NCBI GenBank assembly: GCA_963667665.2
Contig: OY763927.2
Coordinates: 800,001 to 864,000 of the forward strand
Reading direction: 5' to 3'
Length of the DNA: 64,000 bases
From: Nitrosopumilus sp.
GTDB taxonomy: Archaea > Thermoproteota > Nitrososphaeria > Nitrososphaerales > Nitrosopumilaceae
Shown: positions 41,831 through 52,453 of the stretch, piece after piece
How the letters are laid out: each line of letters opens with the position of its first letter
Position numbering within the stretch: the first letter of the stretch is position 1
The notes under the pieces: generated by a model
The model's database searches: none
The model's input: only the letters and a program-made list of their open reading frames with translations
Told to the model about the DNA's origin: nothing
Translations under genes and position numbers: made by a program

Positions 41831-42685
41831 CTATTTTTTACTAGTTTTTTTAGTAACTTTTTTTGTGGTTTTTTTGCTGGTTTTTGATTTAGTATTTTTT
41901 CTGGTTCTGCCAAAAAATGCCTTCCTAGCAAAACAGAGATAGGTAGTATGACCAATTCCTTGAAAAGAGTGTCTGGTTTTTCCTTCTCTAGCTTCTATTG
42001 TACGCAAAATATGTTCAGTGGATTCTATATCAGTAAATTCATTTTCAACTAGAGCCATAGTTAATTTTTCTAATTGATTCATTGTAGGGCAAATGGCAAA
42101 AATTGAACCGCTGCCTTTTAGCATCTTGCGCACTTGAGGAATTACTACCCAAGGATCACCCAAATCAATTAACGCCACATCCATATCTTCTAATGGCATC
42201 TTTTTTGCAGTTTTTAGATCCAAATTATGTTGTGTGACATATTTTGAAACTCCTGCTTTTTTGATATTTTTTTCAGCTATCTTCATAAAATTTTCATTAA
42301 CATCAAAAGTATACACATGACCACGAGGTTTTACAATATTAGCTACAAAAGAGGTTAATGAACCACTACCAGTTCCAATTTCTAAAATCTTTTGGCCACT
42401 TCCAATTCCAGCTCTTGCAACAATATATCCAAGATCTTTTGGATAAACAATTTGTGTACCATGTTGAAGTTTCATTACATAATCATACATTGTTGGTTTT
42501 AGAACATAGACATACTTGTCCTTGTTAGTCATTACTCTGGAACCATATTCTTTTCCAATTGCATCAGAATGTTTGATTACTCCAATATGAGTATGAAGGG
42601 ATTCTTTTTTTGAAATTTTCATTAGCCATTTTTTTGAATGATTAAAATAGAATAATACAGGAGAATTTTGCTTTATTTTATCCAT
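41831..42685 (-). CDS. trmI: tRNA (adenine-N1)-methyltransferase
   Basis: TQIVYPKD, EIGTGSGSLT, DLGDPW, GHTTYL. Confidence 0.93.
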   Translation of the reverse strand: MDKIKQNSPVLFYFNHSKKWLMKISKKESLHTHIGVIKHSDAIGKEYGSRVMTNKDKYVYVLKPTMYDYVMKLQHGTQIVYPKDLGYIVARAGIGSGQKILEIGTGSGSLTSFVANIVKPRGHVYTFDVNENFMKIAEKNIKKAGVSKYVTQHNLDLKTAKKMPLEDMDVALIDLGDPWVVIPQVRKMLKGSGSIFAICPTMNQLEKLTMALVENEFTDIESTEHILRTIEAREGKTRHSFQGIGHTTYLCFARKAFFGRTRKNTKSKTSKKTTKKVTKKTSKK

Positions 42686-42781
42686 GGATTTTCCCTAAAA
42701 ATTTTAGATAAGAATCTACTGTTTTTTCGAAAATTTAGATTCATTCGAGCCTGAAAAATGAAAAGTATTGAACTAAAATCT

Positions 42782-42846
42782 TCCATGAAAAGTTTATCCA
42801 TGAAAAGTTTATCCATGAAAAGTTTATCCATGAAAAGTTTATCCAT
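42782..42846. repeat. 15-bp tandem repeat TCCATGAAAAGTTTA x4.3
   Basis: Perfect copies at 42782, 42797, 42812, 42827. Confidence 0.95.
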
Positions 42847-42965
42847 CACAAGAAAATCCAGCTTGTATGGCAATTGGAATTGTTGAAGAAGAAATTATAG
42901 ATTCTAATCACAGAAAAATTCCAGCACAAATAGTATTTTAATACCAATAAGAACATCAATGTAGA

Positions 42966-43316
42966 TTGGCAGAATTCAAAGTTGAGGGCTCTGGCGGATA
43001 TATCATAGCAGAACTAACTGATGAGCAGGCAAAAAAGGCAGATTTAGGAGTAGGAAAATTATTTTTGGCCCCAATTGGAAAACTTGAAACTGAAAAAATG
43101 TTCAAACATTATTGTAAAAATTGTGAAACAGAATTTGATAATCCACCAAAGGTAAAATTAGAAGAAAGTACCAATGAGGAAGTAGCAGACAATTTGATAC
43201 TAGTAGAAAGAGGACAATACACTTGTGAAAAATGTAGTTCAATTATTGGAGAATACAGAGTATTCAAAAAGAATGATGAATCAAGTGAAGTTGGAAATGC
43301 AAACCCATCTGGATAA
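42966..43316 (+). CDS. Zinc-ribbon hypothetical protein
   Basis: CKNC and CEKC. Confidence 0.75.
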   Translation: MAEFKVEGSGGYIIAELTDEQAKKADLGVGKLFLAPIGKLETEKMFKHYCKNCETEFDNPPKVKLEESTNEEVADNLILVERGQYTCEKCSSIIGEYRVFKKNDESSEVGNANPSG

Positions 43317-43812
43317 AATAACAGATGAATTATCGGATGATTTCCTAAAAGAGATTAAAGAAAATTCATCTAAAATTGATTTTGGAATTATAGAAGAAAG
43401 ACTGAAAGCAAAATACATGCAAGATAGTCATTCAGTAATGATTCTAGATGGAAGAAAAGGAATTCGCATAATTGTAGATCATGATGAAAATGAAGAGCAG
43501 TCAGAGATTAACTGTAAAACTGAAATCAAAATATTTGAAAAATGTGGTATGAAAGTTACAGAACACATTATTGGAAAAAAAGTGTATAGTTATGTTATAC
43601 AACCAGAAAAAGAATTCTATGAAGAGTTGGAAAAAATACCTGACAGTAAATGGGCAGAAATGAATGTTACTAGGACGATTTCACAAGACATACTTGGAGA
43701 AATTGAAAAAACTGCTACAAACATTGGATTTACACTTGATGAGATATTACAATTGATGGCTGAAAATACATACATTACAGATCTAAGGTCTAAAATGAAC
43801 CAAGGATCATAG
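43297..43812 (+). CDS. Hypothetical protein
   Basis: Open frame; ATG at 43297 preferred over the track start at 43225. Confidence 0.65.
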   Translation: MQTHLDKITDELSDDFLKEIKENSSKIDFGIIEERLKAKYMQDSHSVMILDGRKGIRIIVDHDENEEQSEINCKTEIKIFEKCGMKVTEHIIGKKVYSYVIQPEKEFYEELEKIPDSKWAEMNVTRTISQDILGEIEKTATNIGFTLDEILQLMAENTYITDLRSKMNQGS

Positions 43813-43850
43813 GAAAAAGAATCAAATACTGCTAAAAACTGATTTCATTT

Positions 43851-43988
43851 ATGGCAAATCAAAAATGTATCTCTTGCGGTATAGGATTTTTCTCACCAAC
43901 AGGTGCAGAGAAATGTTCTAAATGTGCAGGACAAGAATCTCAAGGACATGAAGATCATGATTCCTGTGGTTGTGGACACAGCCACTAG
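43851..43988 (+). CDS. Small Cys/His-rich metal-binding protein, absent from the ORF track
   Basis: MANQKCISCGIGFFSPTGAEKCSKCAGQESQGHEDHDSCGCGHSH*, followed by a T-tract. Confidence 0.7.
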   Translation: MANQKCISCGIGFFSPTGAEKCSKCAGQESQGHEDHDSCGCGHSH

Positions 43989-44179
43989 TCTTTTTTTCTA
44001 ATTTAGTAGATATTTTTTCAACCTAGATTACGAGGATTGTTTGTTCAAATGAACAAACTTTATTGTTTTACAGGAACAAAATCCCAACATTTATGACCCA
44101 TTCACTTTCAAATAATTATAATTGGTTTGCACGCCAACAAACCAGAGAGTATTAGCATTCGTGTTGTGCTCTCTGGGAT

Positions 44180-46063
44180 TTACATTCTATTAGGTGCAAC
44201 TATTCCAAGAAGATCTAGTGCTTTTACAAGTGTGATTTTAAATGAATCCACAATACAAAGACGAGAATTCTCCAATGATTCATCACCTAATTCTAAAACC
44301 TTGACATGTTCATAAAATGAATTAAACGCAACTGCTAAATCATGACAGTATCTTGCAATAACTTTTGGAGATAGATTGTTTACGGCATCACGAACTTGTA
44401 TATCAAACAAGCCAATTGTTTTAATCAAATTAATCTCAGATGGTTCTTTTAGCAGAGAAAAATCAACATCAATTGATGGTGCACGTTTAGATTTTTCTAA
44501 TATTCTTGCAGATCTTGCATGAGTATATTGAATGTAAGGAGCTGTATCTCCATCCAAACTCAGAGATTTTGTTAAATCAAAAGCAATTATTTTATCTAGA
44601 TCTTGTTTTATCATCTCATAACGTAGAGTTCCAACTGCAACATTATGGGCAATTTCCTCAACATCAGATGAGTCCATTTCAGGATGTCTCCTCTTTGTTT
44701 CATCTTTTGTTTTTTCTTTTAGCATATCATATACAGAATCAGCACTTACGTACAATCCCTTTCTTCCAGACATCTGAGCTTGTTTTCCATCAGTATCCAA
44801 ACCAAGAATTTTTGCAGTCTCAGAACTTAGAGTAACTGATTCATAGCCAAGATGAACATACGCATCTGGAACTGACTTGAATTTAGCCATCAAGGATGTG
44901 ATAATTTTTTGTAATCTTGCTTGTCTTGAATCAATTACAGTGATTACTTTTTGGCCAGTAAAGTTTTGAGATGAGTCATTAGAGTCCAAAGTGGTTTGCC
45001 ACAAAACTCGTGAATTTGGTTGCTCTTTTTCGTATTTCTGATAATGGAAAGGATCATCAATTAATCCTAATTTCCAGGCAGCGTATGGAATATCTTTTGC
45101 AATATACGTTGCAGTTCCATTACTTCGAACTATTACCTTGTCTTCTTCTTTATTCTCACCACGAATTACCCAGCACCCCTTATTCTTACCATCATCCTCA
45201 AATTCTATTAGATTCATTTCTTTGATTTTATCAAAGATTGTACTCCATAATCCTGAACGAATTATCTGAGATTCAAAATTTAGACAATCATAAGAAACTG
45301 ATAGATTCCAACATGTTTCGAGTTGATTTGCCAAAACTCTTCGCGTAATTTTATCGGCAAATTTAGCAGTTTCAGAATTTCCATCCTCAAGTTCTTGGAG
45401 AATGTTTTTTCTAATTTCTTCAAGACTAGAATCAGATTCATATTTTTCTGTAGTTTTGACATATACATCATCTCCACAATAATGATCAAATTTCTTTCCA
45501 TCAGGTGGTTCTTCATCAAAGCCAAGATGTTTGAATCCAAGTATTATATCAGCAACTTGAAGGCCAGAATCATCAATATAGTTTAGAACATTAACTTTAT
45601 AATTTGCTTTTTTTAAAATCCTAGAAATAGAATCACCAATTATGATATTTCTAATGTGTCCAATGTGAAGAGATTTGTTAGGATTTACACTTGTATGCTC
45701 TACTACAATTGTAGAATTCTTTCCAATATCAACATCACCAAATTCATGAAGATGAGATTCAGATAGAATCAATTGAGATAATTTTTCCCAATTAGCAAAG
45801 AAATTCAAATATCCTGATGGATGTGCTTCAGTTTTCAAAACAAGTGTGCTAGAACAATATTGATATTTTTCAGATAACATCTCTGCAATTTCTTTAGGAC
45901 TTTTTTTGAGTTGTTTTGCAAGCAAGAATGAAACATTAGAGGATACATCACCAAAACCAGGTTTTGCAGGCTCTACAGTATAGTTTACAGCAGATATTGA
46001 GAGTTCATCGAGTATTTTGTTTAGATTATTTTCAATTTCATCAATAATTGATTTGAATGTCAT
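44180..46063 (-). CDS. argS: Arginine--tRNA ligase
   Basis: HTSVNPNKSLHIGH, MSGRKG, GDTAPYIQYTHAR, C-terminal RM. Confidence 0.97.
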   Translation of the reverse strand: MTFKSIIDEIENNLNKILDELSISAVNYTVEPAKPGFGDVSSNVSFLLAKQLKKSPKEIAEMLSEKYQYCSSTLVLKTEAHPSGYLNFFANWEKLSQLILSESHLHEFGDVDIGKNSTIVVEHTSVNPNKSLHIGHIRNIIIGDSISRILKKANYKVNVLNYIDDSGLQVADIILGFKHLGFDEEPPDGKKFDHYCGDDVYVKTTEKYESDSSLEEIRKNILQELEDGNSETAKFADKITRRVLANQLETCWNLSVSYDCLNFESQIIRSGLWSTIFDKIKEMNLIEFEDDGKNKGCWVIRGENKEEDKVIVRSNGTATYIAKDIPYAAWKLGLIDDPFHYQKYEKEQPNSRVLWQTTLDSNDSSQNFTGQKVITVIDSRQARLQKIITSLMAKFKSVPDAYVHLGYESVTLSSETAKILGLDTDGKQAQMSGRKGLYVSADSVYDMLKEKTKDETKRRHPEMDSSDVEEIAHNVAVGTLRYEMIKQDLDKIIAFDLTKSLSLDGDTAPYIQYTHARSARILEKSKRAPSIDVDFSLLKEPSEINLIKTIGLFDIQVRDAVNNLSPKVIARYCHDLAVAFNSFYEHVKVLELGDESLENSRLCIVDSFKITLVKALDLLGIVAPNRM

Positions 46064-46064
46064 C

Positions 46065-46760
46065 TTACATCTCAGATAATTTAGGTGCTAATTTATCTAG
46101 TGCCTCAAGAACACCATCACCGGCCTTTGCTGAAACTACCATTGAAGCCTCAGATTTTACTTGATCAGATGCATTTCCCAAGGCAATACTTGTTTTTGCA
46201 ACCTTAAACAATGGAATATCTGTCGCACTATCACCAATAGCTATTACATCATCACGTAAAATAGATAATTTCTTCATAATTTCACTGAATCCTGTACCCT
46301 TGTTAATTCCAGAAGAATTGATATGATAAGCATATTGACTATCAGATAGTTCGACATTAAGATTATTTTCAGATACTACAGTTCTTGCAAGATCCAGATC
46401 AAATGTTCTCTCTAAAACAACTTCAGTCATTCTAGGAAAAACAGGCTTTTCTTTAACATTATCAATATTACTTTTGATTATTTGAAATGCATTTTTGCAT
46501 TCTTCAATATTTCCTAATAAAATATGCTCATTAGAATCTAGGGTGATACATCCACCATTTTCACCAACAGCGATTTTTGTAGTTCCACCAAAAACAGATA
46601 GTAAGAATCCTTCAACAGATGATCGACCAGTTACAAAAATCACGTTATGCCCCATTTTAGTTAGATGTCTTAATGCTTCAAGCGCATCCAAATGTATTCG
46701 ACCCCTACCATTTTCAGTAATAGTGCCATCAATATCCACTGCAAACGTTCTCTTTTTCAT
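46065..46760 (-). CDS. Phosphoglycolate phosphatase (HAD/Cof type)
   Basis: DIDGTIT, TGR, GENGG, NKG, IGDSATD; start taken at MKKRTF to avoid overlap. Confidence 0.88.
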   Translation of the reverse strand: MKKRTFAVDIDGTITENGRGRIHLDALEALRHLTKMGHNVIFVTGRSSVEGFLLSVFGGTTKIAVGENGGCITLDSNEHILLGNIEECKNAFQIIKSNIDNVKEKPVFPRMTEVVLERTFDLDLARTVVSENNLNVELSDSQYAYHINSSGINKGTGFSEIMKKLSILRDDVIAIGDSATDIPLFKVAKTSIALGNASDQVKSEASMVVSAKAGDGVLEALDKLAPKLSEM

Positions 46761-46850
46761 ACAAATTGTTTTACAAACCGAATAATATTTGCTGCGTAAG
46801 TAAAGTAGTACGGTTTTATTTGAAAAGAATGTTGCAGGAGATGAACAGTA

Positions 46851-47960
46851 TTGGGAATTCCTGAAAAGATCAAATCCATTCAAGACGAAATGGCAAAAAC
46901 TCAGATTAACAAAGCAACAGAGCACCACATTGGTTTACTCAAAGCAAAGATTGCGAAATTAAAGAGAGAGCAAGAAGAGAACGTCATTAAAAAATCAGGC
47001 ATGAAACAAGATGGGTTTGATGTCAGAAGGACAGGGGATGCAACAATTGTATTTATTGGATTACCAAGTGTTGGAAAATCCACATTACTAAATAAAATGA
47101 CTGGGGCAAAATCCACTGTTGGTGCTTTTACATTTACTACACTTACCGTAGTTCCAGGAATGATGACATACAGAGGAGCAAAAATCCAAGTCTTAGACCT
47201 TCCAGGAATTATCAAAGGGGCATCCACAGGTAAAGGACTAGGAAGGAGAATTTTATCTGTTGCAAGAACAGCAGATTTGGTAGTGCTTCTATTAGATGTG
47301 TTTCAACCATATCATGAAGATGTGTTAGCAAATGAATTAGGAAATATTGGGATAAGACTTAATCAATTACCGCCAAACATTACAATTGAAAAAGCACCAA
47401 TGGGAGGAATTGCAGTTGCACAACAAGTGAGACTAACAAAGATTACAGAAAAACATCTCAAAGATATTTTACATCTTTATGGTATAGTTAGTGCACGTGT
47501 TGTAATTAGAGAAAACATTACATCAGAGCAATTAGCAGATCATGTTGCTGGAAATATTAGTTATTCAAAAGCAATAACTGTTTTAAACAAAATTGACTTA
47601 GTGGATAAAGCATTTCTAAAAGAGTTAAAGACTAAAATAAAATCAGATGTGATTGAGGTATCTGCAAATTCAAATATCAATATTGAATTACTCAAAGAAA
47701 AGATCTATGAGAAATTAAAATTCATTAGAATTTACATGAGACCCAAAGGTGGAGAAACTGATTTCATAGAACCATTAATTGCAAGAGAAGGAGATACGGT
47801 TGAAGATATTTGTAATAAACTACATCGAAGATTAAGAAGAGAATTCAGATATAGTTTGGTTTGGGGTAAAAGTGTAAAGTTTGGGGGACAAAGAGTTGGT
47901 TTGAGTCACATTTTACTAGATGAGGATGTATTAACAATTATCAAGAAACGTGGAACATGA
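46851..47960 (+). CDS. DRG/OBG-family GTPase with TGS domain
   Basis: NKATEHH, GLPSVGKST, FTTLT, DLPG, NKID. Confidence 0.95.
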   Translation: MGIPEKIKSIQDEMAKTQINKATEHHIGLLKAKIAKLKREQEENVIKKSGMKQDGFDVRRTGDATIVFIGLPSVGKSTLLNKMTGAKSTVGAFTFTTLTVVPGMMTYRGAKIQVLDLPGIIKGASTGKGLGRRILSVARTADLVVLLLDVFQPYHEDVLANELGNIGIRLNQLPPNITIEKAPMGGIAVAQQVRLTKITEKHLKDILHLYGIVSARVVIRENITSEQLADHVAGNISYSKAITVLNKIDLVDKAFLKELKTKIKSDVIEVSANSNINIELLKEKIYEKLKFIRIYMRPKGGETDFIEPLIAREGDTVEDICNKLHRRLRREFRYSLVWGKSVKFGGQRVGLSHILLDEDVLTIIKKRGT

Positions 47961-47969
47961 TACAAAAAC

Positions 47970-48146
47970 ATGAATCAAGAAACTGAGAACAGATGGTGTA
48001 CATTTTGTATGACAAAAACAAAACAAGAATTAATTTTTCTTCCCAAAATGGCCACATACAAACGTAGAAGAAAATACAAATGTACAATTTGTGGCAAAAT
48101 TAGTTGGTTGCAAGGAAGAAGACCATCTGCAGAAAGTGTTTATTAA
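47970..48146 (+). CDS. Small basic zinc-ribbon protein, absent from the ORF track
   Basis: MNQETENRWCTFC...YKCTICGK...SVY*. Confidence 0.65.
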   Translation: MNQETENRWCTFCMTKTKQELIFLPKMATYKRRRKYKCTICGKISWLQGRRPSAESVY

Positions 48147-48253
48147 AAAATTACGATCAATAAATCCAAAAAAATCACTTGATTATATGTTATCAATTTG
48201 TGTAATTTTTTTTAGTTTAACCACTGAAAAACAATGAAAATGTCGACTCAGCA

Positions 48254-48514
48254 ATGGCAGTAAAAAGAAAAGCAGCTAAACGTAAAGCAGCTCCAAAAAG
48301 AAAAGCAGCTAAACGTAAAGCAGCTCCAAAAAGAAAAGCAGCTAAACGTAAAGCAGCTCCAAAAAGAAAAGCAGCTCCAAAAAGAAAAGCAGCTCCAAAA
48401 AGAAAAGCAGCTCCAAAAAGAACAGCTCCAAAAAGAAAAGCAGCTCCAAAAAGAAAAGCAGCTCCAAAAAGAAAAGCAGCTCCAAAAAGAAAAGCAGCTA
48501 AACGTAAACGATAA
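48254..48514 (+). CDS. Histone H1/Hc2-like Lys/Ala/Arg/Pro repeat protein
   Basis: Almost entirely KRKAA(P) repeats; 18-bp unit aaaagaaaagcagctcca. Confidence 0.8.
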   Translation: MAVKRKAAKRKAAPKRKAAKRKAAPKRKAAKRKAAPKRKAAPKRKAAPKRKAAPKRTAPKRKAAPKRKAAPKRKAAPKRKAAKRKR

Positions 48515-48587
48515 TCTCGTTAAAAAAACTAACAATCGTCATTTAGACGACGAATTGTTTTTCCTTTTTCTAAATTCTTAACTAGTG

Positions 48588-48872
48588 TTAACTAAACATT
48601 TGTCCTGGAGGATGTGTGTTTGTTCCTTTAACAGATTTTTTTTCTACTGAGAATTTTTTGTCGGGAGGTACAATTGATAATTTGATAGCAGTACTAATTG
48701 CATAATGAGGAGTGTCATCGGGATTTTTGTAGTTTACAGCTTTTCCTACTCGATCCAAATCAACTTTAACTTTAACTACAGTACCATCTTCTAACGTGAA
48801 AGATACAAAATCATTTTCTAATCGTTTGTAATCTAATATCTCAAATTCAATTTTATTTGGTTTTTCACTCAT
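48588..48872 (-). CDS. Hypothetical protein
   Basis: 94-aa ORF downstream of the collagen-like gene. Confidence 0.7.
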   Translation of the reverse strand: MSEKPNKIEFEILDYKRLENDFVSFTLEDGTVVKVKVDLDRVGKAVNYKNPDDTPHYAISTAIKLSIVPPDKKFSVEKKSVKGTNTHPPGQMFS

Positions 48873-48894
48873 TATAATTACCTGTTTAATCCGA

Positions 48895-50406
48895 TTAGTA
48901 AAGATAACTCATTAGTTTAATTTGTTCTTCAGTTGTGATGATGTTTTTGGTAGTTAAAATTTCTAATAGTTCTTTGAAAATTGTTTTTTGTTCAGATGAT
49001 ATTCCTCCTGAAGGACCTTTTTCTCCGGGTGGACCTGGTGGACCTCGTGGACCTGGTTGACCGATTGGACCTTGTTCACCTATAGTACCTTGTTCACCTG
49101 CAGGACCGATTGGGCCATTTGGACCTCGTTCACCCTGAGGACCTTGAATTCCTTGAGGGCCTTGTGGGCCTTTTTCTCCGGGTGGACCTGTTACACCTCG
49201 TTCACCCTGAGAGCCTTGTGGGCCTTGTGGGCCTTTTTCTCCGGGTGTACCAAGGAGACCAGTAGAACCTTTTTCTCCATGTGGACCAAGTGGACCTTTA
49301 TCACCTTTTTCTCCTTGTGGACCTGAAACTCCCGTAAGACCTTTAGATCCTCCAGGACCTTGTGGACCTTGTGGACCTTTATCACCTGTAGAACCTTCAG
49401 GACCTTTGTTACCTTTTTCTCCGGTTGGACCTGTAAGACCAGAAGAACCTTTTTCTCCAATAGGACCAGTTAAACCAGTTGAGCCTTTTTCCCCAATAGA
49501 ACCAAGAAGTCCTTGAACTCCTTTTTCACCTTGAACACCAGTTATTCCAGTTGAGCCTTTTCCTCCAGGTATACCAGTTGGACCTGTTAATCCTTTGTCG
49601 CCAGTAGAACCTTGTGAACCTTTGTCACCAGTTTCTCCTGGAGAACCTCTTAATCCAAATGCTCCTTTGTCACCGGGTTGGCCGGTTGGTCCTTTTTCTC
49701 CTGATGGGCCAAGTGGACCTTTAATTCCAGTTGGACCTTTTTCTCCAATAGAACCAGTTGGACCTTTGCCTCCTTTGTCACCGAGTGGACCTGCAATTCC
49801 TTTGTCACCTTTATCTCCTTTATCGCCAGTAACTCCTTTGTCTCCAGTAATTCCTTTATCACCTGGCTGACCTTTGTCACCAAGTGTACCTTTGTCACCT
49901 GGCTGACCGAAGATTCCGTCAGGACCTTTGTCTCCTGCAGTACCTTGTGAACCTGGTGAACCTTTGTCACCAGGAGAACCTTGTGGACCAGTAGCACCAA
50001 CAAAAGCATTTGATTTTGTATAGCGTTTTGTTTTTGGACTTTCAGGAATTGTTCTAGTTTCAGTTTTTGATTGTCTAGTTGGTTTTCCCAAAGGAACATC
50101 AAATACAGTGTATAATGAAGAAAATAGATCAGTTACAACAATCCAAATTTTATCAAGATTGTTTATTGATGATGGAAGTGGATTTTCAGCAGACCCTATT
50201 GTTTGAGAAAACACACCATCTTTTACTCTAAGGTGAAAATTACCTCGCCACAAAGATGAAAATTGCTTATTTTTGATTGAATCTTCGGATGGTTTACTAT
50301 CAGTTATCGCAATTTGTGTTTCGTACACACCTGATTGTTTAAAGGGTGCCTGTCCTTGAATTTCGATTCTGGACTGAGATGACACATTCGTTTGTGCATA
50401 TTTCAA
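48895..50406 (-). CDS. Collagen-like protein
   Basis: More than 100 Gly-X-Y triplets between globular ends. Confidence 0.92.
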   Translation of the reverse strand: MKYAQTNVSSQSRIEIQGQAPFKQSGVYETQIAITDSKPSEDSIKNKQFSSLWRGNFHLRVKDGVFSQTIGSAENPLPSSINNLDKIWIVVTDLFSSLYTVFDVPLGKPTRQSKTETRTIPESPKTKRYTKSNAFVGATGPQGSPGDKGSPGSQGTAGDKGPDGIFGQPGDKGTLGDKGQPGDKGITGDKGVTGDKGDKGDKGIAGPLGDKGGKGPTGSIGEKGPTGIKGPLGPSGEKGPTGQPGDKGAFGLRGSPGETGDKGSQGSTGDKGLTGPTGIPGGKGSTGITGVQGEKGVQGLLGSIGEKGSTGLTGPIGEKGSSGLTGPTGEKGNKGPEGSTGDKGPQGPQGPGGSKGLTGVSGPQGEKGDKGPLGPHGEKGSTGLLGTPGEKGPQGPQGSQGERGVTGPPGEKGPQGPQGIQGPQGERGPNGPIGPAGEQGTIGEQGPIGQPGPRGPPGPPGEKGPSGGISSEQKTIFKELLEILTTKNIITTEEQIKLMSYLY

Positions 50407-50494
50407 GTATTTCTGTATTTAGATCGCATAGTCTTTTTGAAAATCCAGCACAAACAATCTCAAGCCCATAAGGATGGTATTTATCTAGACAAAA

Positions 50495-51646
50495 TTGCAC
50501 TTTGAGCTAGTGAAGAAATTATTCGGAAAGAAATCAACTGAAAAAAATGAACCAAAAGTAGATGAATCAAAAGTGAAAAAAGTCAAGGTAAAAGAGACCA
50601 GTCTAGTTGATGCAGACTATAATCGCAAAAGGTTGTTCAAAAAAGGAATTAACCGTATGGCAGATGAAAAACTTGAAGATGCTTGTGAGTTATTTCAACA
50701 AGCATTAAGAATTGATCCTAACAGTGTAGAGACTTTGATGAAATTAGGTTATGCAAGATTTCATTTAGGTGATCACAATGAAGCAATTAGAATATATGAT
50801 AAAATTTTAGATATTGATGTTACAAATCCAGAAGTTTGGAATCTTAAAGGACTTGTACATTATGAACAAAAAAAATATGCCAAAGCATTAGATGAAGTTG
50901 AAAAAGCAATAGAATCTGAGCCAACATATGGAATGGCTTGGTACAACAAAGCTTGTTTCTTATCATTACTAAATCAAGTACCAGATTCTTTAGAAGCATT
51001 GAAGCGTTCAATTGAGATTGATGTTAAAAATGCAAGAAGATCAATTAGAGACTTTGACTTTAAAAATGTAAGAATTGAAGAAGGATTCAAAAGAATTCAA
51101 GAAGTAGTAGTGTTAGAATCAGTTAGACAAGGATATCATACACTTGGTGCAATTGTCTGGACAACATATCTTGATAGAGTAGACGCAGAAACAGGATTAA
51201 AAAAATTATTAGAAAAAGGACTTTTAGTACAAAATGAAAAGCGTGATGGTCTAAGTAAAATTCCAATCTATGATCTTGCACCTAACGTTGCAGAAAGAAT
51301 GGGAAACGAAAGAAAGGGATTATTTGGGATTACAAGAAAAACATTACCAAGACCAATTAAGAATTTAAAAGAACTTAGTAGTGCAATTCAATCGGCAAAA
51401 GAGGCAATAGAAGAAAAAGACATACAGAAAACTATGGACGCTTTTGATGAATTCACAGATATTGAAAAATCAGGTGAGCAGATGATTGAAATGTTCTTAG
51501 ATGAACACAGAGAGATAAGATTATGGAAGATTAGATTAAAAGATAGAGGAGAAGATTATCTAGTGGATAACAAAGATAAAATGTTAACATTGTTTGATAA
51601 CATAGAAGTAACAATTACTAAAAAACTCAGAAATGAGATTGCATAA
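50495..51646 (+). CDS. TPR-repeat protein
   Basis: Four TPR units (e.g. WNLKG, AWYNKAC). Confidence 0.9.
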   Translation: MHFELVKKLFGKKSTEKNEPKVDESKVKKVKVKETSLVDADYNRKRLFKKGINRMADEKLEDACELFQQALRIDPNSVETLMKLGYARFHLGDHNEAIRIYDKILDIDVTNPEVWNLKGLVHYEQKKYAKALDEVEKAIESEPTYGMAWYNKACFLSLLNQVPDSLEALKRSIEIDVKNARRSIRDFDFKNVRIEEGFKRIQEVVVLESVRQGYHTLGAIVWTTYLDRVDAETGLKKLLEKGLLVQNEKRDGLSKIPIYDLAPNVAERMGNERKGLFGITRKTLPRPIKNLKELSSAIQSAKEAIEEKDIQKTMDAFDEFTDIEKSGEQMIEMFLDEHREIRLWKIRLKDRGEDYLVDNKDKMLTLFDNIEVTITKKLRNEIA

Positions 51647-52453
51647 TTATTCTGCAGACAAATCCCAATAAGTAGCATCTTCTTGTTTTGCAGTAGGTTT
51701 TTGAAGATTTTTCCATTCCTTAAAAGAGCGAACATATAATTTTGCATTAGGTAGTCCTACAGATTTTAATGCATAATATGCTAATCCAGAAAGAGTACCC
51801 ACACTACCACAATAAGTAATAATTTCGGAATTTCCAGTTATGCCTCGATTTTCAAGTAAACGCTTCATGTCTTCTTTTGGGCGTAAAATTTTGTCGTTAC
51901 TGGCAAGCGTTCGATAAGGTATACTAATTGCTCCCGGAATGTGTTGTTCAAGAAAATTCAAACGCTCCCTATTATCAATCAAGATTACATCATCTCGCTC
52001 TTTTGCACTTTCCAGGTAATCAGCAGTTGCCAAAATATTTGGTTGTAGATTCATAGAGTGCTCTTTGCTTTGTATTTCAGGAACATCAGAATCATTTTCC
52101 AATCCTAGTGATTTCCAATTACTGTAAGTAGTTTCAAGTAAAGTTACATCAGAATGTCCAATGTATTCCAAAGTCCAAGCTACTCTTGATGCCAAAGCAC
52201 CAAAAGTGTCATCATAAACTACAACAGGTGTTTCATTATCAATCCCAATATTGTTTATGAGTTTCAAAATACTTTCTGGACTATCGTCAGACAATAGATT
52301 TGCTAGGGGTAAATTTACAGCAGTTGGAATATGATCTTGTTTGTAATCATCTTCTCGTCTAACATCAATTACTCGAACACTTTTGTCTCTTATTTCTGAT
52401 CGTAAAGAGTCAACATCCGTTGTTATTTTACCAGATTCTGTCAAGCAGCACAT
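51647..52453 (-). CDS. Tandem rhodanese sulfurtransferase
   Basis: IDVR...HIPTA, HIPGA, YCGSVG, Y..SFKEW. Confidence 0.92.
   Translation of the reverse strand: MCCLTESGKITTDVDSLRSEIRDKSVRVIDVRREDDYKQDHIPTAVNLPLANLLSDDSPESILKLINNIGIDNETPVVVYDDTFGALASRVAWTLEYIGHSDVTLLETTYSNWKSLGLENDSDVPEIQSKEHSMNLQPNILATADYLESAKERDDVILIDNRERLNFLEQHIPGAISIPYRTLASNDKILRPKEDMKRLLENRGITGNSEIITYCGSVGTLSGLAYYALKSVGLPNAKLYVRSFKEWKNLQKPTAKQEDATYWDLSAE

Noticed and set aside
42782-42846. Possible CRISPR array
   Set aside because: Units are contiguous with no spacers; no cas genes in the window
46761-46928. Long N-terminal extension of the HAD phosphatase in the ORF track
   Set aside because: Overlaps the divergent GTPase; the motif-bearing protein starts at 46760
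48248-48535. FSFWSC-repeat ORF
   Set aside because: Antisense of the KRKAAP gene
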